From a virus: a stretch of DNA of 24,398 bases. The position numbers and the translations under genes are program-made. How positions within the stretch are numbered: position 1 is the first letter of the stretch; every line of letters begins with the position of its first letter. Below, in pieces: positions 7,801 through 15,699 of the stretch. The notes under the pieces were generated by a model that saw only the letters and a program-made list of their open reading frames with translations, was not told where the DNA came from and did no database searches. The stretch is taken from positions 1 through 24,398 of the IMG/VR virus record IMGVR_UViG_3300012979_000023; one strand, written 5' to 3'.

Positions 7801-10383
7801 AGTATAAGTAAAAATTACGTTGGAGTAGCCTGCTTGTGCGGAAGAATAAATACCAGAGTTAGAGCCGAAGCCGATTGCGTTATCCTCTGTTAAGGTAAGC
7901 ATATTAGTATTCTTACCTGCCTTGGCTTCATAGGTATTGACTCCCGTTAAGTTGGTGCCATACTGCGTCTGGTTATTAAAACGCATAAAATAAGAGCCTT
8001 GATTGCTGGTGCTACCAAATAGGTAAGCATAACCGGCATTTACTTCGTGTAATGGCACATAATTATCTACACGCTTACATTCCATAATAACTGTCAATTT
8101 AGACATATCAGTAGTAGATACGCCAGTATTAATAAACGCGTGGTTTAAAGTCCATTCGGGATGTAAGTGCTCATAATCGCCTAAATCGTTATGTTGTAAG
8201 AATAAGAAGCGATGTGGATAGTCAATTCCATCAGGGTCTTCTGGTTCAACCTCTTTGATATATACAACATCAACAGAACTTAAATCCAGAAGGGCAGAGA
8301 AATTAACTGGACCATTGTATTGTAGAATGCCGTCGCCCGCATAGCCTGGCTTATAAGCATTTAAGTCTAATCCTAAATCAAATAGAGTAGTGCCTAATTC
8401 AAAATCAATTACTCGATAAGTTATATTAGAACTACCTATCCAGTTCATATCCGCTACTTCGTCGATATAATAGCGGACTGGGGTTTTATATTCAGTCGCT
8501 AAATATAGGACATCATAAGCAGAGCCTAAACTCTCAAAATCCATTAGAGCAGTAGAACTATACTTATCAATAATGCCGGGTTCATAATATTCGGGACGAT
8601 ATAGGTCTAAATTAATAATATCCTTTAAACGAATACCACCGACTACATCGGCTTCATTAATAGTAATAATACTTGTATTAATTGTGCTATAAGCACTACT
8701 TAATTCTTGTCTATATTTAACAATAATGTTCTTGGTTCTTAATTCTACAATCTCACTATACAAGATAATAATAGGAGATGCTTGTGTTAGTGCGGAAAGT
8801 GAAACTTCGCCGTCATAAGAAGCCAATTCATCAAATTGATATCCTTCCGGTCTATGTAAAGAAATAGGAATAATATCATTTAAAATTGGGTTATTTAAGA
8901 ACATTAAAGCATTAATTTCTATACGCTCTTCAACTGGGGTGCTATCAAAAGAACCAGTATAATATCTCACTACAATTGGGAAATTAATTTCCTTATAGTA
9001 GATTTGTAGTATGCCGGCATTCATAACACTATGATAAGTCTCATAAGTATCAGCATTATAAAGAGCACCCTCTTCATACTCACTGGTATGATACTTATCT
9101 AAATTAAGGTTCATATCACGGACTACATCAAAATCAGTTTCAAATGCGTCCATATATTTAGTAGTAATTGTGTTAGTTGCTACACGATACCAATTGGGGT
9201 AAGTGCCAACGTAGTATTCTACATAAAGAGTATTTTCGGTTCTATTATAACGCACCACATAAGATAGTCCAAGAGTATCATAAGTGATAGTATCATTCTC
9301 GCCAAAATCTACGACGAAACCTTCATTAAAATAGCCACCTTCTGGGCGGAATGCGTTTAAACGAATAATATCTTTCAGGGTCATACCTTCAATGATATCG
9401 CTTTCCCGCACACTCAATACAGCAGTGTCTATTAACTCATAGGTGCCGTCATCTTGTTCCTTTTCATAGCGAACTGTAATGTTTTTACTTTCCTCATTTT
9501 CTATCTTTTGGAAATATACGTTAATTGGGCTGGCTTGTAGCAATGCCTCAACTGTTAATTCGCCGTCATATCCAACAGATGCTTTGTAGCCTTCTGGTTT
9601 ATAGGTTTTTACTTCTACCAATTGGCTAATAGAATTAATATTCTTTAACTCCGGATAAGTGAAAGAAATAATGCGAGACAATAGTTCATTGTAATATCCT
9701 GTGCCGTCGTCCATATAATAAGCAACATTTAAATTGTAAGATATGGGAGCATAATTAATAATAAGGGCACTCAAAGATTGTAAGTTTTCATAGTTGAGTT
9801 CAATACCACCCAAATTAGTGGCAACACCCATATTATAATATTGAGGCAGATATTTATTTACATCCACGCCGATGCTTTCTAATGTATTACCTTCTTCTTC
9901 AAAAGAAGACGCTCGAATAGTAATACTTTCAGTTGCCAATAGAGTAGAATTATTCTGGTAATAAACTACCGTTAATTTAAAAGAATTCGTCATATTGGCG
10001 TTGGTAGTATAAATTTCTCGTGAGCCCTTGGCGTAATCACTTGTTAGAGTATAACTAACAACAAAATTACCATTTTTAAGACGATTAGGTTTAGATGCTC
10101 CTTGTAGGCTCACATCAAACAGCAAACTTAAATCATCAAATTGTAGGGTAGCCTTTTTAAGCATCTGGGTTAGACGACTTATTCTCATAAAGGCTTCTTC
10201 TTCATCGGCACACAATACTAAAAATTCTAATTCGATAGTCTTAAATCTATCTTGTTGTCTAATGGCAGTAGGTTGAATATCACCATCCAACCAATCTTCC
10301 ATAGTATCAACTTTATTACTATTTAAGACACGATTATAGAGTTGTATGCCGAGACTGCTTAAATCAATGCCGTTAATTAACAT
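1849..10383 (-). CDS. Giant 2,844-aa tail-tip adhesin. It has a Dit-like N-terminal domain (aa 1-~128), about 16 repeats of ~83 aa (MucBP/beta-grasp-like), three lectin/jelly-roll-like modules, and SH3b-like modules
   Basis: Single uninterrupted 8,535-nt ORF. The N-terminus 'MLINGIDLSSLGIQLYNRV...IELEFLVLCADEEEA...LQFDDLSLLFDV' is Dit/Sipho_tail-like. A motif '(Y/H/F)(K/R)P(E/G)(G/Y)Y' recurs at aa 262, 346, 511, 596, 678, 1007, 1090, 1177, 1832 and 2284. 'L(I/V)RD(F/L/Y)(I/W)PV' occurs at aa 905, 1708 and 2563. An SH3b-like segment lies at aa 2022-2080. Confidence 0.9.
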   Translation of the reverse strand: MLINGIDLSSLGIQLYNRVLNSNKVDTMEDWLDGDIQPTAIRQQDRFKTIELEFLVLCADEEEAFMRISRLTQMLKKATLQFDDLSLLFDVSLQGASKPNRLKNGNFVVSYTLTSDYAKGSREIYTTNANMTNSFKLTVVYYQNNSTLLATESITIRASSFEEEGNTLESIGVDVNKYLPQYYNMGVATNLGGIELNYENLQSLSALIINYAPISYNLNVAYYMDDGTGYYNELLSRIISFTYPELKNINSISQLVEVKTYKPEGYKASVGYDGELTVEALLQASPINVYFQKIENEESKNITVRYEKEQDDGTYELIDTAVLSVRESDIIEGMTLKDIIRLNAFRPEGGYFNEGFVVDFGENDTITYDTLGLSYVVRYNRTENTLYVEYYVGTYPNWYRVATNTITTKYMDAFETDFDVVRDMNLNLDKYHTSEYEEGALYNADTYETYHSVMNAGILQIYYKEINFPIVVRYYTGSFDSTPVEERIEINALMFLNNPILNDIIPISLHRPEGYQFDELASYDGEVSLSALTQASPIIILYSEIVELRTKNIIVKYRQELSSAYSTINTSIITINEADVVGGIRLKDIINLDLYRPEYYEPGIIDKYSSTALMDFESLGSAYDVLYLATEYKTPVRYYIDEVADMNWIGSSNITYRVIDFELGTTLFDLGLDLNAYKPGYAGDGILQYNGPVNFSALLDLSSVDVVYIKEVEPEDPDGIDYPHRFLFLQHNDLGDYEHLHPEWTLNHAFINTGVSTTDMSKLTVIMECKRVDNYVPLHEVNAGYAYLFGSTSNQGSYFMRFNNQTQYGTNLTGVNTYEAKAGKNTNMLTLTEDNAIGFGSNSGIYSSAQAGYSNVIFTYTNKLQTESAQMPYPLYLFANNNSGSYADGLAGIGIYSCRIYQGDVLIRDFIPVQFYDKIGNQVAPSNCLYDKVSQTFFEDGTKLNSFNIIDDDRYTDTNLEHTIGHCYVNYYKGDNLFQTMTVWFRGNDFTGEKEWDPYVEFNVDKYQPAYYNPGVIKELETPFVINFDNLNNKTFNVVYQEQNNFINVNYIREELDGTRTIISEEVIPISERDFYQVPTFGDIVRLNKHKPEGYQTDFVYPGKRVSLSRVLEYSPYEIVYKPMEEEPQTYSTVIRYIKKVFGIRTYEVVGTETLTFDQSDFREGEYIDFYIDFNAKKPENYYVDGETYEWYRMDERLDKPEDLKPTYTIWYAPEPQYVDINYYTDEVDEANLIASTSWEFAIDTYEYPIQMVDTLPNELINKFKPVICGGGMLADPSRWYSFEDLVNAEEIAIVYETLIEPDDPENASYEQKVLYWGFDTSTSHSILNHLSTVAGRIPYIDLGYRPKEIGRLRVEFTGYALGLGYTQKELGLTQAVARQSYGAQSFDYLNFMGYHAPLNTIPNSQRPYGTTITTPLGETFDITDYPFYGAKGKGTFSMRPRIPVVSSWVYTALGPQTFDGFTYYTGAGGPTNPGADVPISAIGLMGGYRRGVARTYDDNYNEIDAFNFYGISQKIDIPFPSETKLGGWLSCLGRTGQMGEEVNPAVRKVFGNPFTFIIDAYNNYAEIYNKNTMNSPYQVQFENTDNDFFEGREQPRGSFTLFQATNPNTGKVNIMPFNPMLFPAISGMGTPNNLESAVIGTNPYEDENYGSIVIETLEGVGTDTQGNIIYQTVSKTRNINYASFPMPQYPQVGGCYVWGLKLYDRDRLVRDLIPVAEGDKIFDYVMPANGLFDLITEIFFGNSNEGGTYTMNDFSGINDQGNLALAQKVITIKPEEVLPLQVMYDPLIYGKITENYYDWDNAFIANQYVDVPTYYNPQEETLEDMLRFNDYKPDEFHLDGMIDLDTDLSFQSMSLKEIYELGLANIYYKLRTFTKTVVYYQDNYRIGSKDIFYSIEDIKNANSLADLGIDLDLYYDDKFKHGRLVFDENIIASNNIQAFIDAPSPIVVYDKFTADEADNILYVEYYRGGAYETDLITVDEENPNYLNCDLDGVVLNPNGAIKYYNHYHDALYEDEKFEYFIPYQVRVLNKYAGIHRGPARKYQTLAMIIERDTYTIIEERNGWGRLKEYPVGWIMLSATEPMTGPGQNPDYDVPDEATATIPFKSEVHINKLTIDRLWCYIPEVESWVKAEDISFNQAGKLYNALGLTAIDLNDIDFSTATSLADVGIYPEAKRLRFHDFTNYEYTGEYTYEAFSALHELDFVYPETVYNYTCIYYQDNKNEANELGRAGFSCSMSDWNPDWDIFIETSWRVDENNQPINPQLYRDTPLALTWDYFGFDKNLYRPAGYPDGIYMWNPRSWDASGDIVFSFEELIRTGSQYVLYAPFYPNTYKIKHPKIGPANERTKIPVNIQLRLDLNNPDYPPTDNIYDIDYAVEIVNIPYDDYPYVSTFDSYYYSASQPGETNKRLPAGTSLRIDDYMPSVNIGTTRGRNTKNDMEPFPGTTIKYKAPIIPEKITPGLCLKANISNCRNTTNVVVGTQDVYTQKPYEYFFWNPDTSKFEIIKDNTNLYGKYAFKPFDDSLTDIADTTSAYKMRYTNIKYIDFTNGGSTTLGYNVSVYENLLIRDYWVPVPKGTWYRFNGEDLRIPDNGWYNLITGEFLAVPDSIVALRNKSIDEPYNYFNGWDFVSTEADYIVQTNSEVQTYQYPDLYAPENRQLVPGLIIPISKYTADADNRVVGEWYFSCDQWFESKTSSIYAGEFDKLKLTKLQQSICLVNDADNSMNFYVYTNPADAQGTTYSYGNASNILTTYYYYDTDNGRYYFDGSFWVPESYTSLNTTEVNKNYAIARDTNYYSVPIANEEYKLGIYLYGERITVPYVSTNNPDWAYTGRGWIQLANNTSEVL

Positions 10384-10386
10384 TAA

Positions 10387-10572
10387 TTAAATTCCTCCTT
10401 GTCTTTGGACTTCTAATCCAATGTTATTTAACATAGAGGCATTTTGTTCCTCTTGGCTGGGGGCAGACTGTTGAGTTTCTCTTATTACTGTGTCTATATT
10501 TCCACTACTGGAAGTATTTGTAAAGGTTTGTTCAGTCTGCTGTTGAATTAATGACATTACATTTTTTTCCAT
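10387..10572 (-). CDS. Hypothetical Q/S/T-rich 61-aa protein in the tape-measure position
   Basis: ORF with ATG 2 nt after the stop of the upstream gene, ending 1 nt before the giant ORF start. Low-complexity sequence with no recognisable family; coding status rests on tight packing only. Confidence 0.45.
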   Translation of the reverse strand: MEKNVMSLIQQQTEQTFTNTSSSGNIDTVIRETQQSAPSQEEQNASMLNNIGLEVQRQGGI

Positions 10573-10574
10573 AA

Positions 10575-11090
10575 CTATACCTCATTAATCCCTAATTTGT
10601 TAAAAATTTCTTGTCTCTCTTTTAAGGAACCGCCACTGTATCCTTTATCCTCTTTAAGATAAATAGGGTCTTTAATATTTTTCAAGGCTTGACCTACTGC
10701 TAATTTAGTTAAATTTGCTTCCATCTCTTTACGAGTTAAATACCCTTCATATGCGTCTTCAATTTCTTTTGGCGTCATCTTAAAAAAATCAGCGGGGGCT
10801 ATTCCCATTTCGCCTACGGCTTTGGTATATAACCCCCCTATATCAAAAAAGGATGTGAGGGATTGAGGAATGGCTGACATAATACCGGGCATTAAATTAC
10901 CCTCATCAACTGCCGTTTTGACAAGAGCAATTTCTTCATTTGTAATGTCAGGGTGCTGGCTGATTAACCCACAATACAAAATGAATTCGGTATTTTGTTC
11001 CTCACATAGATTTAAATTTTGAGCCAATAGACTTAAACCTTTCAGCCCAAATTTGACCTCAAAATATTTTTGAGGAGTTCTAATAATCAT
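10575..11090 (-). CDS. Tail assembly chaperone-like protein (171 aa); possibly a chaperone fused to a minimal tape-measure-like helical tail
   Basis: Lies immediately downstream of the major tail protein gene (ATGA overlap). The N-terminal 'YFEVKFGLKGLSLLAQNL...ILYCGL' resembles gpG-type chaperones; the C-terminal half is predicted helical by composition. Family not verified. Confidence 0.5.
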   Translation of the reverse strand: MIIRTPQKYFEVKFGLKGLSLLAQNLNLCEEQNTEFILYCGLISQHPDITNEEIALVKTAVDEGNLMPGIMSAIPQSLTSFFDIGGLYTKAVGEMGIAPADFFKMTPKEIEDAYEGYLTRKEMEANLTKLAVGQALKNIKDPIYLKEDKGYSGGSLKERQEIFNKLGINEV

Positions 11091-11476
11091 TTCCGTTCTA
11101 ACGGACCTGTGCCTAAAATGGAAATATTATATTTGAATTGTTTATCAAATACCGCAGTTAAAGGGAAATTTGTAATTAAACCTGTCCCCTTAAAATGAAT
11201 ATCATTTATAATAATTTCCACTTCAATTCCAGCGTTAGACATAAAAGCCTCTTCCAAAAGAGAGAGAGAATTAGAATTGGCTAAATAAATACCATTACAC
11301 TGGATATTCCACATTTTTAGACCGTCCATATTTTCAGCCCATTCCGCTTTGATTTTATTAGTAATTTCAATTGGGGTCATAGACTGATTGAGGGTCGCTC
11401 CTGTTTGTCCGCCTACCGGCTCTTTATTTACATAAAGAATTACATCAATTCCCTTTTGGGCTGGATTAAATGTCAT
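11087..11476 (-). CDS. Major tail protein, TP901-1/Phage_tail_2 type (129 aa from the internal ATG)
   Basis: The track ORF extends to 11566, but AGGAGGAAGAAGATA-ATG at 11476 gives 'MTFNPAQKGIDVILYVNKEPVGGQTGATLNQSMTPIEITNK...WNIQCNGIYL...FKGTGLITNFPLTAVFDKQFKYNISILGTGPL', the typical pattern of this family. The upstream extension overlaps the preceding gene and looks non-coding. Confidence 0.8.
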   Translation of the reverse strand: MTFNPAQKGIDVILYVNKEPVGGQTGATLNQSMTPIEITNKIKAEWAENMDGLKMWNIQCNGIYLANSNSLSLLEEAFMSNAGIEVEIIINDIHFKGTGLITNFPLTAVFDKQFKYNISILGTGPLERK

Positions 11477-11867
11477 TATCTTCTTCCTCCTTTGCGGAAT
11501 AAGTAAGAAGAAAAGTATATCTAATAACACCGTGCTTGCGGATTGGACCAGTCCCATTGTCATCAATAATACGAGCAGATTGTTGATTCGCCGAAATGAT
11601 ATATGGATTAGTCTCTCTTAAATATACTATATTGCGGTTTATGTTTTCAATAATTTCTAATATTTCTTTTTCGCCTGAATAAGTAGAATATACATCCAAC
11701 ATAAAACTAACAGTTTCGGTGGTGGTATCAAATGATTGGCTAATTTGATGCCCGTCTGTGCGGAGCATCAACCAAGGAAATAATTCTTTATATTCTCCAC
11801 TGTCTGTAATATGATAGCCGAGTTTTTGAATTAATTCGTAAAATTGGCGTTTAAGTTCTAAAACCAT
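11466..11867 (-). CDS. Putative tail completion / tail terminator protein (133 aa)
   Basis: Lies directly upstream of the major tail protein gene. Size and position match SPP1 gp17-like / gpU-like proteins; sequence similarity was not confirmed by eye. Confidence 0.5.
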   Translation of the reverse strand: MVLELKRQFYELIQKLGYHITDSGEYKELFPWLMLRTDGHQISQSFDTTTETVSFMLDVYSTYSGEKEILEIIENINRNIVYLRETNPYIISANQQSARIIDDNGTGPIRKHGVIRYTFLLTYSAKEEEDNDI

Positions 11868-11868
11868 A

Positions 11869-12078
11869 TTACTCTACCGCCTTTGGGTCAGGCACGATAG
11901 TATAATTATCTACACTATCATACTTACCTAAATATAAATATTTCGCATAAAGATGTTCTATGATTTCGGTTTCAGTGCCGTCTTCCTCAATAATAATAGC
12001 AGTATGAGGTTCAGACCAATCATATACATATCCTTCGGGTGCCTTATAAGCACGCATTCTATTACTTACATTAGCCAT
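11869..12078 (-). CDS. Hypothetical protein (69 aa)
   Basis: Tightly packed ORF with GGAGG RBS between the gp10-like and tail-completion genes; no motif recognised. Confidence 0.55.
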   Translation of the reverse strand: MANVSNRMRAYKAPEGYVYDWSEPHTAIIIEEDGTETEIIEHLYAKYLYLGKYDSVDNYTIVPDPKAVE

Positions 12079-12091
12079 TATACTTCCTCCT

Positions 12092-12613
12092 TTAAGTAAT
12101 TTGTGTTTCAGGTATGACTATCCCTATTTCCAGGTATTCCGCTTGCGTTTCCACGCTAACTCTCGCCGCGTTTTCAGCCCAGCGTTGAAGAAAATTTTGC
12201 GAGTTAGCCTGCCTGCCGGTATTAATCTCACTGAATATTTGGTCATACATATAATAATATTCCCACGTTAAAACAAGTTCATAGGCTCGCACCCATTCAT
12301 CATAAGCCGAGTTAATAGCGGTCTCAATTGCCTGCTCAAAATAAGGCTGTGCGTCTTGCTTCCAAGTGCCATATTCTACAAATTGAGCGTATTCACAATC
12401 AGTATATAAAATTATATCCAATCCGTCTATATAGCATTTAATTGAACTTAATAAATTACCAGTGCGGACGGGGCAATTGGAACGAATAACACTATCAAAA
12501 GTATTTTTGAATATCCAATTGCCCATAGTATAATCTGCGGGGAATTGAAAATTACGCGTAGAAGACCATAAGCCTAAATCATTTTGTAAATTAAAACTCG
12601 CGTATAAGCCCAT
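12092..12613 (-). CDS. HK97 gp10-family head-tail joining protein
   Basis: 'PVRTGNLLSSIK...DIILYTDCEYAQFVEYGTWKQDAQPYFEQA' matches the (D/R)TG-x-L-x-x-S ... YA-x-x-VE-x-G signature of HK97 gp10-like proteins. Confidence 0.75.
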   Translation of the reverse strand: MGLYASFNLQNDLGLWSSTRNFQFPADYTMGNWIFKNTFDSVIRSNCPVRTGNLLSSIKCYIDGLDIILYTDCEYAQFVEYGTWKQDAQPYFEQAIETAINSAYDEWVRAYELVLTWEYYYMYDQIFSEINTGRQANSQNFLQRWAENAARVSVETQAEYLEIGIVIPETQIT

Positions 12614-12616
12614 TAC

Positions 12617-12835
12617 TTACACCTCGCTATGTAAATCCTCCACGTGCTGGGCTAACATAGCCTCTTTCTTTTCTAACTCATAGACACGCTCAATAACATT
12701 ATTATGAAGATTTACTTTTTTTTCTAATTGTTCAAGGCGATAATTAGTTAATCGAGCAGACGCAATAACACCTAAAATAGAGCCCAAAGCAGTGCCCAAA
12801 AAACCAATTATCGCGATAATTATTGTCTCACTCAT
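12617..12835 (-). CDS. Small membrane-anchored coiled-coil protein (72 aa; one N-terminal TM helix)
   Basis: 'TIIIAIIGFLGTALGSILGVIA' is a hydrophobic helix. It is followed by a heptad-like charged region 'RLEQLEKKVNLHNNVIERVYELEKKEAMLAQHVEDL'. Confidence 0.65.
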   Translation of the reverse strand: MSETIIIAIIGFLGTALGSILGVIASARLTNYRLEQLEKKVNLHNNVIERVYELEKKEAMLAQHVEDLHSEV

Positions 12836-12846
12836 TTCTATTTACC

Positions 12847-13314
12847 TCATTTATTATAAAAAATATTAATTGATGTGGCTTTATATACATTTAATGAAAA
12901 ATTTAACGTTAAAGTCATATCTTCATAAGTAGCAGAGGTAAAATATTTACCAGAAGAGTAAGAATTACTTGTATTTTGATATACTACATTAATTCCGGTT
13001 CCATCATAATAAAGAACCAGAGGGTATCGAACCGCACTTATGTTCAAACCGGAACTATCGTTCGCACATACCATTAAAGCCATAAAAGGCGTATCAGCAG
13101 AAGGTAAATAATCTTCTAAATACCAACTAATAGTAGCACTGCCTACATCACCACGAGTAAGTTGTAGATATTCTAATTCGCCTCCGCCAGTAGTCAAATT
13201 AGAAATTGCCGTAGCCATATTTAATGGAGCAATAAGCCCAGTCTCTCCGGTTTTAGAACGAATAGCATCACCAATAGAAGTTAGAGTGCTTTCTTCAATA
13301 AATACTTTACTCAT
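12847..13314 (-). CDS. Fibre-associated protein 2 (155 aa), sharing the N-terminal 'IGDAIR-KTG' motif with the 381-aa LRR protein
   Basis: 'LTSIGDAIRSKTGETGLIAPLNMATAISNLTTGGG' aligns with 'LSAIGDAIREKTGKEDLLTLDQMPEEIKGISGGG' of the 13823-14968 product. The start codon overlaps the stop of the collagen-like gene (TAATG). Confidence 0.7.
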   Translation of the reverse strand: MSKVFIEESTLTSIGDAIRSKTGETGLIAPLNMATAISNLTTGGGELEYLQLTRGDVGSATISWYLEDYLPSADTPFMALMVCANDSSGLNISAVRYPLVLYYDGTGINVVYQNTSNSYSSGKYFTSATYEDMTLTLNFSLNVYKATSINIFYNK

Positions 13315-13808
13315 TAATAAGCACCCTCCTCTGCGACGCCAATAGCGGATAGAGAAGCATCAATCATAGCCTGAATTTCAGTTGCGGTTTTAAATTGTGA
13401 AACATCAGGAATTTGGATTTCTGCTTTTACCTCATTAACTAAATCTTGCTTTTCGGATTCCGTCCAATAATCTACGCCCTTGACGGGGGCTGGTCCGGTT
13501 AATCCCTGGGGTCCCTCTGGACCCGTTGGTCCTTGAATTCCTTCCGGTCCTCTTTCCCCTTGGGGACCCTGTGGTCCCATTTCGCCCTGCGGTCCTTGTG
13601 GTCCTATCGGTCCCGCAGGTCCAGTTAAACCGATAGGTCCTTGTTCCCCCGGCATACCTTGAAGACCCTGTATTCCTTGGTCTCCTTTGGGACCTTGCGG
13701 TCCTATTGAACCCTGTGGTCCCGCAGGACCTTCTGGACCCTGGGCACCCATAATGGTCATAATTTCCTGCCATTCATTGGAGGCATTCTTAAATTTTAAA
13801 ACACTCAT
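13314..13808 (-). CDS. Collagen-like repeat protein 2 (164 aa; 29 uninterrupted G-X-Y triplets)
   Basis: G-X-Y run '[25 protein letters not shown]...GPQGLTGPA', followed by '[18 protein letters not shown]...[10 protein letters not shown]'. The DNA shows GGN-CCN periodicity at 13490-13745. Confidence 0.9.
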   Translation of the reverse strand: MSVLKFKNASNEWQEIMTIMGAQGPEGPAGPQGSIGPQGPKGDQGIQGLQGMPGEQGPIGLTGPAGPIGPQGPQGEMGPQGPQGERGPEGIQGPTGPEGPQGLTGPAPVKGVDYWTESEKQDLVNEVKAEIQIPDVSQFKTATEIQAMIDASLSAIGVAEEGAY

Positions 13809-13822
13809 TTAGGCATCCTCCT

Positions 13823-15688
<1,866 letters not shown>

Positions 15689-15699
15689 AATATCCCTCC

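Noticed and set aside
1849-10383. The giant ORF as the missing tape-measure protein
   Set aside because: The composition is Tyr/Asn/Asp/Thr-rich with short beta-type repeats. It lacks long Ala/Leu/Glu/Lys helical tracts and hydrophobic TMP segments, and its N-terminus resembles Dit, which normally follows TMP.
10560-10640. Possible -1 programmed frameshift (gpG/gpGT style) joining the 171-aa ORF to the 61-aa ORF
   Set aside because: The 61-aa ORF is in the -1 frame, but that frame has a TGA only four codons upstream of its ATG. No X-XXY-YYZ slippery heptamer is in register near the 171-aa stop ('GAA ATT TTT AAC' does not fit).
13435-13773. 112-aa Arg/Thr/Gly-rich ORF in an alternate frame of collagen-like gene 2, and the 167-aa plus-strand ORF 14826-15329 opposite collagen-like gene 1
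   Set aside because: These are by-products of GGN-CCN triplet periodicity, which keeps several frames open. The G-X-Y frame is the only one with an RBS, gene coupling and a sensible non-repeat C-terminus.
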